Shown in pieces: positions 37,688 through 49,799 of a stretch of 64,000 nt of DNA; positions within the stretch are counted from its first letter, which is position 1; every line of letters begins with the position of its first letter. Below the pieces are notes generated by a model, which saw nothing but the letters and a program-made list of their open reading frames with translations, was not told where the DNA came from and did no database searches. This DNA comes from Tubulanus polymorphus (lineage: Eukaryota; Animalia; Nemertea): contig NC_134025.1 of assembly GCF_964204645.1 (NCBI RefSeq), positions 23,602,299 to 23,666,298 of the forward strand, written 5' to 3'. A program made the position numbers and the translations under genes.

Positions 37688-39229
37688 ATGGTAAGTACAT
37701 GGACTATAATTGGTTTCGATCGTGAATTTCTTAATCTTCTAGAAATACTTGACACAATTCCAAAATTTAGGATAATGCTTTTGAATATTGTTTTCAACGT
37801 TATCAAAATATCTAGGTTTAACTAGACGAATAATAATGTCCATAATCAATCATATCATGTTTGATAATTGATTTAATTTCATATTTATTTCAGATCCTGT
37901 CTGCTCGCAAACCTTCCGTCAACTTTCATTGCGTAGAGGATCTGGCGCGTTCAGCTGTCCAAATAGATTATGACGGTAAATATGATCTCTAAGTAAAACG
38001 TTTGAAAAAATTTGAAGTAAATACAATCCTTAGTAGACAAATACAATCCATTCGTACGCGTTAAAAATCCTCATATTCTACTTGTATTTGCTTTAAACGA
38101 TTGAATGATCGGTAACGAAAATTCGCGAGGACCAATCCTAATACATAGTTTCCTACCATTTAGATAATAATCTTTTCTTTATTTTTTCAGAATATCCAAT
38201 TCCATCGTCGTCACCGGTCAATAGCGTATGTTCTCAACAGTCTATAGACGAAACGCTGTCGTCCAGTCGAAGTTCAACGCCGCCTTCCGAAAATTCGTAC
38301 GGAGAAAGCGCCGATGAAAAAACGCCAGCATCCAAACAGAAACAGCAGAAAAAATCCCGTTCACTATTCAAAAGCCAGCAAACAACCGTACTAGAAAGTT
38401 TCTTTCTTCAGAATCGCTATCCCGATATCAGCGACATTGAAAATCTAGCCAAAAAACTTAATGCATCAGAAAGTAAAATCAAGGTACGGTATTCCAAAAA
38501 ATACATACGATCTTATTATATTAGGGGGTATCTTACGTTACCCCCTAAAACTATGATTTAATTTTTCTCCTGCATCATTTGCCCAAAACTGTATAATGAT
38601 ATATAAAAAGATATTGGTATATAAAGATCAATGAACTTTAGATTTGATTGGAAAATAGGTAATCATCTTGACGACACACTAAATTCCCGTTGAAACCATA
38701 TTTCAACAAAATCCCGCTATGCATTAAGAAACGTTTCCCTTGAGCTATAGGCTAGTTAACTCTAGCTCCAGGAAACCTCCACGACCTTTATTGTATTGTG
38801 GTGTTTGACTGTTTTGATATAGAATATTTTCACAACAATTGGAAAAAAATTACGGAATACAAAACTGTTGCATATTTTGCTTTTCATCTAACGATATCAA
38901 TTGTATATTTACAGGTTTGGTTCCAAAACAAACGCGCTCGTAACAAGCGACGTTTGGCACAGCAACATCAAGACGGGACGACATCACCGCCGTTATCTCC
39001 TCCGATTAGTGATTCCTCCGCGAAATACCAAAAAACCATCGCATGTTCGTCGCTTATGAAGAATATCAATCCAGTGTATCAACAACAACCTCAAAAGCAG
39101 CCGAATTTTTACCACCATTCACAACAGAGCCACCACGCTCAGCGACTTTGTCATAATCAGACCTACGGATTTCAGTATCAAATTCCGAACTCTCAATTTT
39201 TGTATGGATACAACTTTTATGGACTATAA
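37688..39229 (+). CDS. Divergent PRD-class (Q50) homeobox protein (exons 37688-37690, 37894-37975, 38191-38483, 38915-39229)
   Basis: Homeodomain QKKSRSLFKSQQTTVLESFFLQNRYPDISDIENLAKKLNASESKIK|VWFQNKRARNKR, with YPD and an intron between codons 46 and 47 (PRD-class hallmark). N-terminal FHCVEDLARS motif. Confidence 0.88.
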
Positions 39230-39744
39230 CTGCAAAGGTTACGAATAATCCCCGGATAAATCAGACGTGCTCCTGTGGAATAAAGTGTGCTATTGGTGCT
39301 ATTAATAACGTTCTTTTCGCTTATCGCGAATGAAAACTGTAAATAGAATATGATAATAAAAACACATTTGAAAATAATACATACTTCGTATATTTTTGTT
39401 CGGTTTTACAACGGTACGGTAGCCTTAAGTTGTATGCATAGCAGGTTTTATGGTTAACTTATGGGTCATTTTTCTACTAATTTTCGACTCTAAACTCGGG
39501 GTAGTCATTTGACAAATGAATACTCCAAGCTCAATTCGCATCAAATCTCTAAATCGAAATGTATGTAGCTTACTTGCACTGCAAAATTCATTTTCATTTC
39601 GAAAAAGGTCCGTCGTTCCCCTATAACTCACATCCGCTAGTAAAAAGTATCGCTGCTAAAAAGCATCACTGAATCTCCTCCATTGTGGACAGAAATGGCA
39701 GACAATTTTAGCCATCAAAAGGTGGATGTGAGTGATACGATATA

Positions 39745-40025
39745 AGCCGCGATCACACGGAGACGATTTGGCCCGGGTCAAATTAGCACGGATCAGGATT
39801 GGGCCAAATTTTGTCCGTGCCTAATTAGAGAGTTTTTCACACGCAAACCATTCACTCGATACTAAATGCTCAAAGCGGAGTGGATCTTTTCCGGTGCTAG
39901 TTGCAATTAAAACGCAATCATTTGTCTGGTGCTAAAATTTGGCTCGGTGTGATCGCGGTTCATTTTAGCCCGGAACCACGGGTGCCAAATGAGCCCGAGC
40001 CAAAAATGCTCGTGTGATCGCGACC
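39745..40025. mobile_element. PIF/Harbinger-type MITE
   Basis: About 35-bp imperfect TIRs (AGCCGCGATCACACG... / ...CGTGTGATCGCGACC) flanked by a 3-bp ATA duplication. Confidence 0.7.
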
Positions 40026-41038
40026 ATAGTGAAACCCAATGTGATATGGTTAACCATCCTGACGTGATCCGTTTGTTTCTCGACATGACCCGAAGTTGCT
40101 TAAAAACAACTCATTTCTACAACACAGTGCAGCCTGGTTCCGAGGTCTGATACGAGGACAAATGGCAAGATTCCATACGGTGATATAGTCTGACGATACC
40201 ATTCAATCCTCATTAAATCCTCATGATCTTCAATCATTCAATATCATAAGCCAACGAAAACAATGTTTTCAATTTTCCAGTTACATGCGGCATCATAAAG
40301 TTAATGTATGAAATAAAATAATATAAAATGATATGATTTTCATTGATTCTCTATCTCGCGAATATCGACAGAAATTCGGTAGACCAACTGAAGTTGCGGA
40401 TTTGAATCAGATTTACTGTAAACCATGTTCCCATCCAGGTTTGAAAATAATTGAGAACATTGAGATGAATCATATTTAAATTCTGTAAATTCGACCGATC
40501 ACACAACTGTATATCTGTTCTTCGATCAAAATCAAACCCCCCGTTTCGCTCGTGGGAGGTGTGGTGGGTTTGTAAGGGACACTAAATCAAATTTGTTCAA
40601 AACAAATTCACCAATCAAACAAACAAGAGGAACAACCATCCCATCGAAACGAAACGTCCAAGATCTGACATAGCGTTGATCTAAAATGTCCAAATGTGGT
40701 TTCAATCGCGTAAACACCATCTGAATATACAAGTGACGTGGTTTGAAAAATGTTTGGAATCTTAACCCTAAAAAGAAATTTAACATGTCAACATCTGTTC
40801 TATTGTTTGCTCAATGCGCGAATATGGTTCTGATTTCTAATCATATTGAATTGTGGCTCGGAGTCTGTCATAGCATTTTGGTCATCAGTGTCGCGAGGAT
40901 CCGAAGTCACAAGCATTTCACTGCAAAGAAGGTAATAAAATATTCATTTTCTCTAATTCTTGCGTTAAAGTGACAAAGTATGTTCGATTAAAGAACTGGA
41001 AAAGAGGAATTAGCCAATTTCTTTTACACATTAGGATT

Positions 41039-43324
41039 ATGAAGTGCTTCATCATCGTTATTGCGCTCATTGCGTCAGTGTACAATGTCGGTAAGAATAC
41101 TTTTTGTAACTTCTACAGTAGACCCCGCTCAAGTCTGACCTCTTGGGACCGTAAAAATGTGTCCTAATTGAGATCGATATCCGAGTTGGGGTGTTATGTA
41201 TTTCTTAAATAGTGTCACAAAAATATTTCAACAAACATCCAAGTTAAACGATTATCCGAGTTGATCAGATCCGACTCGAACGGAGTCTTCTGTATCTATT
41301 TCTGTATATTTCCCATACCTTTGTTATGAATCGGAATTTTGACTATTGAACTATACTTAAAACCCCTCTTCATTACATTTCACCGTCTAGAATATACTCA
41401 ACTTCACATCTATTTTCTCTTTATATTCGTTCCTAAATGAAATTCGAATTAATATATATCGCAATGAAAATAATTTTAACAATTTGAAATACGAAAATGA
41501 GCAAACTTGTTCTTTGGAATAGACGGAGTTTGTGATTGCGGATGGAAGCAGATCGGTAACCGTTGTTTCATCGTTATAAACGAAGCGAAAAGTTGGAACG
41601 AAGCTCGACAAAGCTGCAAATCATTGGGCGCAACCTTGGGTATTATTTACCGAGCTGTAGAAAATCAACATATCGCAAGTACGTTCGTCGATGTCGACCG
41701 TTGAATTTCTGTGGTGTCGTCATGATTGATTTTCTTTTTTTGTTATATAAATATCATCTGCAATTTCCTCTCACGGGTGATAACTTTTCCAGGTGAAGCG
41801 AAAATTATCGGACAGAGTAGTTGGATCGGCTTAAACGATATTTCCGATGAAGGATGGTTTGCATGGAAGGTGAATAAGAATTATTTCATTTTGAGTTTAA
41901 ACCATCATTTTCTCATCAAAGCTGTACAACAATTAGTGAAATAAAACATTATGTTTTGTGCATGACGAATTAAACGTTTTGTCTTCGAATGATACTTCGT
42001 TCGAAGCTTTGTTATCGTAAATCGTTTTATATTTTTACATATTTCCGATTCTGTGCAGCTATGATTCGAGTTCAGAACTCAAAAATATTGTGTACTTAAT
42101 GATGGGCAGGAAATTATTCAAATTTTGCTCCATAGATCTGCATAGCTGATGATTCTTTTGTTTCAAATGTTTTTTTACCGTTTACGGTAGATATCAACTT
42201 TATTTATAGAAATTAATTAGCTATAATTGGTTCTTTGTTTACAGGATCAATACACATATTACCACGCGGGTGAACCAAACAACAGTGGTAACGGTGAACA
42301 CTGTAACGTTTTCAATTGGGGTAGCGGTACCGGAAAATGGAATGATATCCCGTGTCGTTTAATTCGTTATCCATATCTTTGTCAAAAATTTGGTATGTCG
42401 CATCGGGTTTTTCGTATTATTTCAAGTAAACAATTATCGTATTGGCCCTATATACAGTAAATAAAATCAGTATATCATCTTGTTTATTTTTCTGAATGAA
42501 GGTCACCAAATCCTCTTGATTAACAAGTGATGCTCCTTTAATGATATTATTGGCACATTTATATTCTATGAAGCTTGATTGTCTTATTATCTGATACAAT
42601 ATTTCTAGCAAGTGTATGCCCAACTGGATGGAAACAACATGGCGCCAAATGCTTCCAGATATTCCGCGATCAACAGTTTAGCCAAGATGCAGCTGCTCGA
42701 TGCCAGGCGCGTGGTGGTGAATTAGGTAGAATCGAAGGACCGAAAGAACAAGCAGCCGTGAATAGTAAGAGAAAGCAGGGAGGATATCCTTGGTGAAAGA
42801 AAGAAACCATAAATCTTAGGAGTTTATAGTAACTTGCCATAGTTCAATGCTCGTATAGTATATACAGATACACAGAGAACCTTGTTTCACGTATGCAACT
42901 ACATATTTCTCTGACTTGGGCTACGAGGACAAACGAATATATTTAGCGAATCGAAGCACATATCTTTCTTTTTTATCAGCAGGCCTCGTAAAGAAATCCT
43001 GCATCCTGCAGTAATTTTCTTGTTCTTATTTTATAGGTCTCTTGTCTGGTGGAGAAACGCCAACAATTGGGTATATGGAGGATGGCACCAATGGAGCCAA
43101 ACGCCACTGGTATTGGAAGGTATGCATACGTCTGTACTTAAGCGACCGTCAATTGTGTGAGAAGTCAATATTGTTTCTTCTATTCACAGCCGAGGTACAC
43201 CAACTGGCAATCCGGTCACAGGAATGCGGCTACCAAAGATTGCGTTTCGCTCAATGTTTCGGGCAAATGGGACAATGCGTATTGCACTAGTAAACTTCCT
43301 TACTCTTGTTCCAAAGAAGCTTAA
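41039..43324 (+). CDS. Secreted C-type lectin with two CTLDs (7 exons)
   Basis: Signal peptide MKCFIIVIALIASVYNVDG. CTLD1 has CDCGWKQIGNRCF, WIGLND, EPNN and WNDIPC. CTLD2 has CPTGWKQHGAKCF, YTNW, DCV and KWDNAYC..LPYSC. TAA at 43322-43324. Confidence 0.92.
41116..41292. mobile_element. Tc1/mariner-pogo-type MITE in lectin intron 1
   Basis: TA|CAGTAGACCCCGCTCAAGTC ... GACTCGAACGGAGTCTTCTG|TA: imperfect 20-bp TIRs with a TA duplication. Confidence 0.7.
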
Positions 43325-45251
43325 ATGTTTTGAATATGATGTTCGATTTCAGTTTCGACCTCAATTTGCGTAAATATCCCTGGAAAAACATGAACAACTA
43401 AAATTACAGTGCACATGGTGTATTAATAAAGATGGACCATCCGCCGACTCGTCGTTTCATTCCCTTTTTCGTGTTGTAGCAGGTCTTTTTGTATAAAAGC
43501 CTCTCAGTATCTGGTTTTAAAGTCCATGGTATTACACAAGCTTAGTGTTCATTCCTCGCGTTAAGATGCTAATAATTGGGCTGTTCTAAGTGTAACTGCG
43601 TGTAATGAAAATTTACTAATATTGATAAATTAAAAGAATTATTAAGTTCCAATGTGTTGAAATCGCCAAACTAATAATATCAGTAATGATAATACACCAA
43701 TACGAGCAGGGTAGTTCACTTTTTGAAGTACATCTAATACGTAGATATCCAGAATTTAAACTACTACAAGAATATAATTTGAGTACTGCTGCAGGTTTAT
43801 CAAACGAAGATAAATTCGTTGCATTGCACGAACGTTGAGTGTTTGGAACTAAAATAGAACTACTTCGGCTATATTCTATTGCGCTGAGAGTTGAATCTAC
43901 ATGAAGATATTTTTTTATTACCATACATCTAGGGTAACCATATTTACCTGTAAGAAGAATACTTCTTCAGGTCTACATATTTTGCGTATAAAAATTAAGT
44001 CGACATTGTGATTATTTGCCTCGCTATCTTGCTGAGGAATCATTCACGTACTTTAAAATGTTATTATATCTTTTTCTCTAAGATATCAAAGATTCATAAT
44101 TCTATACGGTAAATTCGATATGCATTAAAAAGCTTGCTGAGTGCATAGGAATATGTTCATCGTTAAAACTACCACGAAATACTGAAAAAGAAATACGCTC
44201 TTGCGCACCGGTTGCAAAGGAATGTGTGCCGATCGAAAAAATCGCAAATTACAGTAGGTTGTATGTAATGGTGAGGCAATGGTTTATACACGGGAAAAGA
44301 AGTGTTTGAAAATCTTTGTATTTCCACAAATGCCGATTCGACAGTGAATTCTTAGGAAATCCTTAGGTTTGGAAAATCCTTTCAAAACATGCAGTGTTCC
44401 TGGATATCCTGGTGGTTATCTGAAAAAGGACTATCGAAAATGGATATTACGAACATAAAAAACAACATTTCACATAATATAAGTCATTATTTAACTCGCA
44501 TCTTCAAGGAATTAGTTAACTTTATTTCACCAATGCATATGTGCCAACAAAATATCTTTAACAAATTAAGTTGTGATATCAAAACAAATACACGTATATA
44601 CTCATCAATAGTATAATTACACATATTAATAGTGTTTATTCGAGGAAACCTTCGAGTTTTAGAATCAAACATTTGATTGGATCAAATTCCTCGGGTTGAA
44701 TAGGTGACTCGTTACCATAGACGCTTATTGAGTTATCTTATAACGCTGAAAGATTAGTACCGATTCAGTATAACAGCAAAATTAATGAACATGAGAAGGT
44801 TGCCCACTTGCAAAACATTCCTGACCAGATGTTGAAAATGAATGATTATGAACATAATGGTTATCAAAACAAAAAGTTTTTTTTATAGTATATGCTGTAT
44901 GTAAAACATAATTCTATAAATTGGCAGTTAGTGGGAATCCAAAAAGTTTTCTGGAAAAATGTATATCGTGAAATCAGAGCTAACAAACGGAAAACATTTA
45001 AGTTCTAACTAAGCAAAGTATATATTAAACTTTCGAATACGAAGTGATAGACTATTACTATTGTAACAAAATAGATAATTACTAGTATACGTAACAAAAT
45101 CTTAATCTAGTTGTGAAAAAGGTAATTTTCGAAAAATCTATCACAGCCTTTTTCGGGCGCTTTGTTAAACCGAAAACAATACACATGTTAAAGTTCTTCG
45201 TTTGACTGCTTTTACACAAATTGTAGTTGTTTCTTATTGATGGACCATCAT

Positions 45252-48200
45252 TTAGTTCGCTGCTGCCAATTTTCGATCGGTCATTGTATGATAAGCAATG
45301 ATGCCGGCAATTCCTGTTAAACCACAGTTGATTAAAGTATCACCAAACCTGAAATATAAACCTGTTCACATTGATTTTTGGAAAAAGCTTAACATATCTA
45401 TGTAAGTAGGGAATAACAATCGAAAAAGCAGATGTAATACGTATTTTGATATATATATATAAGATTAATTGAACCCGCATTGAGAGAATTTTTACTTACC
45501 CAAATGCTTTCTTCTTTTGGAACTTATCGACATCATTGTTTGTAGAGGCAGGTTTGATATTTGTGTATCTCTGAAATGCAAAAGACATTCCATTCACCAT
45601 TTCATTTGGAGAGATTGTGAGATGATATACATGTATGCAATGTGAAATTAGCTTATTAATTTACTTACACGATCGTTCTCCTTTCCAAATACCACACGGG
45701 TATCTCTTAGGTCACTAAGTTTGTTGAGACGAATATCTCGTCTATCAGCACGGGTATCCCTCATATCAGCACGGGTATCTCTCATGTCTCGTCTATCAGC
45801 ACGGGTATCCCTCATATCAGCTCTGGTATCTCGCATATCTCGTCTATCAGCACGGGTATCCCTCATATCAGCACGGGTATCTCTCATATCAGCACGGGTA
45901 TCTCTCATGTCTCGTCTATCGGCACGAGTATCTCTCATATCAGCACGGGTATCCCTCATATCAGCTTTGGTATCTCGCATGTCTCGTCTATCAGCACGGG
46001 TATCTCTCATATCAGCACGGGTGTCTCTCATGTCTCGTCTATCAGCACGGGTATCTCTCATATCAGCACGGGTGTCTCTCATGTCTCGTCTATCAGCACG
46101 GGTATCTCTCATATCAGCACGGGTGTCTCTCATGTCTCGTCTATCAGCACGGGTATCTCTCATATCAGCACGGGTGTCTCTCATGTCGCGTCTATCAGCA
46201 CGAGTATCTCTCATATCAGCACGGGTGTCTCTCATGTCTCGTCTATCAGTACGGGTATCTCTCATATCAGCACGGGTATCTCTCATGTCTCGTCGATCAA
46301 GTGACTGTGTGCTGGCTCGGGTATCTCTTACATCACGTCTATCAGCACGGGTATCCCTCATATCAGCTCTGGTATCTCTCACGTCCCGTCTATCAGCACG
46401 GGTGTCCCTCATATCAGCTCTGGTATCTCTCATATCTCGTCTATCAGCACGGGTATCTCTCATATCAGCTCTGGTATCTCGCATGTCTCGTCTATCAGCA
46501 CGGGTATCTCTCATATCAGCACGGGTATCTCTCATATCAGCTCTGGTATCTCTCATATCTCGTCTATCAGCACGGGTATCCCTCATATCAGTACGGGTGT
46601 CCCTCATATCGGCACGGGTATCTCTCATGTCTCGTCTATCCGCACGGGTATCTCTCATATCAGCACGAGTATCCCTCATGTCTCGTCTATCAGCACGGGT
46701 GTCCCTCATATCAGCACGAGTATCCCTCATGTCTCGTCTATCAGCACGGGTGTCCCTAATATCAGCACGGGTATCCCTCATATCGGCACGGGTATCTCTC
46801 ATATCAGCACGGGTGTCCCGCATATCGGCACGGGTATCTCTCATGTCTCGTCTATCAGCACGGGTGTCCCTCATGTCAGCACGGGTATCTCTCATATCAG
46901 CTCTGGTATCTCTCATGTCGCGTCTATCAGCACGGGTATCTCTCATATCTCGTCGATCAAGTGACTGTGTGCTTGCTCGGGTATCTCTCATGTCTCGTCT
47001 ATCAGCACGGGTATCTCTCATATCAGCACGGGTATCTCTCATGTCTCGTCGATCAAGTGACTGTGTGCTGGCTCGGGTATCTCTTACATCCCGTCTATCA
47101 GCACGGGTGTCCCTCATGTCAGCACGAGTATCCCTCATATCAGCTCTGGTATCTCTCATATCTCGTCTATCAGCGCGGGTATCTCTCATATCAGCACGGG
47201 TATCTCTCATGTCTCGTCGATCAAGTGACTGTGTGCTGGCTCGGGTATCTCTTACATCACGTCTATCAGCACGGGTATCCCTCATATCGGCACGAATATC
47301 CCTCATATCAGCTCTGGTATCTCTCATGTCTCGTCTATCAGCACGGGTGTCCCTCATATCAGCACGGGTATCTCTCAGATCGGCACGAGAATCTCTCATG
47401 TCTCGTCTGTCAGCACGGGTATCTCTCATATCGGCACGAGTATCTCTCAGATCGGCACGAGAATCTCTCATGTCTCGTCTATCAGCACGGGTGTCTCTCA
47501 TATCGGCACGGGTATCTCTAACATCACGTCTATCGGCACGATTGTCCCTTATCTCGGCACGAGTATCTCTCATATCGGCACGGGTATCTCTTATATCTCG
47601 TCGATCAGCACGGGTGTCCCTCATGTCAGCACGAGTATCCCTCATATCAGCTCTGGTATCTCTCATATCTCGTCTATCAGCGCGGGTATCTCTCATATCA
47701 GCACGGGTATCTCTCATGTCTCGTCGATCAAGTGACTGTGTGCTGGCTCGGGTATCTCTTACATCACGTCTATCAGCACGGGTATCCCTCATATCGGCAC
47801 GAATATCCCTCATATCAGCTCTGGTATCTCTCATGTCTCGTCTATCAGCACGGGTGTCCCTCATATCAGCACGGGTATCTCTCAGATCGGCACGAGAATC
47901 TCTCATGTCTCGTCTGTCAGCACGGGTATCTCTCATATCGGCACGAGTATCTCTCAGATCGGCACGAGAATCTCTCATGTCTCGTCTATCAGCACGGGTG
48001 TCTCTCATATCGGCACGGGTATCTCTAACATCACGTCTATCGGCACGATTGTCCCTTATCTCGGCACGAGTATCTCTCATATCGGCACGGGTATCTCTTA
48101 TATCTCGTCGATCAAGTGACTGTGTACTTGCTCGGGTATCTCTGACATCACGTCTATCAGCACGGGTGTCCCTCATGTCAGCACGAGTATCCCTCATATC

Positions 48201-49799
48201 AGCTCTTGTATCTCTCATGTCTCGTCTATCAGCATGGGTATCCCTCATATCGGCACGAGTGTCCCTCATATCAGCTCTTGTATCTCTCATGTCTCGTCTA
48301 TCAGCACGGGTATCCCTCATATCAGCACGTGTATCCCTCATATCAGCACGGGTATCCCTCATATCAGCACGGGTATCTCTCATATCTCGTCTATCAGCAC
48401 GGGTATCCCTCATATCAGCACGGGTATCTCTCATATCAGCTCTGGTATCTCTCATATCAGCTCTTGTATCTCTCATGTCTCGTCTATCAGCACGGGTATC
48501 TCTCATGTCTCGTCTATCAGCACGGGTATCCCTCATATCGGCACGAGTGTCCCTCATGTCAGCTCTGGTATCTCTCACGTCTCGTCTATCAGCACGGGTA
48601 TCTCTCATATCAGCTCTGGTATCTCTCATATCAGCTCTTGTATCTCTCATGTCTCGTCTATCAGCACGGGTATCTCTCATGTCTCGTCTATCAGCACGGG
48701 TATCCCTCATATCGGCACGAGTGTCCCTCATGTCAGCTCTGGTATCTCTCATGTCTCGTCTATCAGCACGGGTATCTCTCATATCAGCTCTGGTATCTCT
48801 CATATCAGCACGAGTATCTCTTATATCTCGTCGATCAAGTGACTGTGTACTTGCTCGAGTATCTCTCACATCACGTCTATCAGCACGGGTATCCCTCATA
48901 TCGGCACGAGTATCTCTCATATCAGCTCTGGTATCTCTCACATCCCGTCTATCAGCACGGGTATCTCTCATATCAGCTCTTGTATCTCTCATGTCTCGTC
49001 TATCAGCACGAGTGTCCCTCATATCGGCTCGGGTATCTCTCATATCTCGTCTATCAGCACGGGTATCCCTCATATCAGCACGGGTATCTCTCATATCTCG
49101 TCTATCAGCACGGGTGTCCCTCATATCAGCACGGGTATCTCTCATGTCTCGTCTATCAGCACGGGTATCTCTCATATCAGCTCTGGTATCTGTCATATCA
49201 GCACGGGTATCTCTCATGTCTCGTCTATCAGCACGGGTGTCCCTCATATCAGCTCTGGTATCTCTCATGTCTCGTCTATCAGCACGGGTGTCCCTCATAT
49301 CGGCACGAGTATCTTTCATATCAGCTCTGGTATCTCTCACGTCCCGTCTATCAGCACGGATGTCCCTCATATCAGCTCTGGTATCTCTCATGTCTCGTCT
49401 ATCAGCACGGGTATCTCTCATATCAGCTCTGGTATCTCTCATGTCACGTCTATCAGCACGGGTATCTCTCATATCGGCACGAGTTTCTCTCATATCAGCT
49501 CTTGTATCTCTCACGTCCCGTCTATCAGCACGGGTATCCCTCATATCAGCACGGGTATCTCTCATATCAGCACGAGTATCCCTTATATCAGCCTGAATTT
49601 TTTTCATGGCGATTGCTGTATTGAATCGTGTTTCCCGTCGAAAGGGGCCATAGCTAGCCAATTTGTTTTCTTTCATCTGCGCAAAGGTTTCATGAGAAGT
49701 ACTTCTCCATTCCAATTTGGTGTTGACTGCATCTGGGACGACAGTGGTAATACATATAAGTACTACAATTAGACTTAACGAGGCACGTTGTCCTTCCAT
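45252..49799 (-). CDS. Secreted or membrane-anchored Asp/Arg polyampholyte repeat protein (coding exons 49799-45669, 45570-45500, 45348-45252)
   Basis: Signal peptide MEGQRASLSLIVVLICITTVVPDA. About 1,280 aa of in-frame DMRDTRA/DRRDMRDTRA repeats with mostly synonymous variation. Canonical splice sites lead to a hydrophobic C-terminus LINCGLTGIAGIIAY and TAA. Confidence 0.85.
45725..49595. repeat. Coding minisatellite of 21-bp and 30-bp units with higher-order duplications
   Basis: Units TCTCATATCAGCACGGGTATC and TCTCATGTCTCGTCTATCAGCACGGGTATC. Seven STQSL-encoding inserts; 507-bp block duplication (47221 versus 47728). Confidence 0.95.

Noticed and set aside
43600-44700. Short ORF-like stretches between the lectin and repeat-protein genes
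   Set aside because: Interrupted by stops in all frames with no recognisable motif. It may be a decayed element but I cannot support a call.
45721-49624. Long plus-strand ORFs (1291 aa SARVSLI repeats; YQHGY repeats)
   Set aside because: Shadow frames of the stop-free coding minisatellite. Only the minus frame has a signal peptide, splice sites and synonymous-biased variation.
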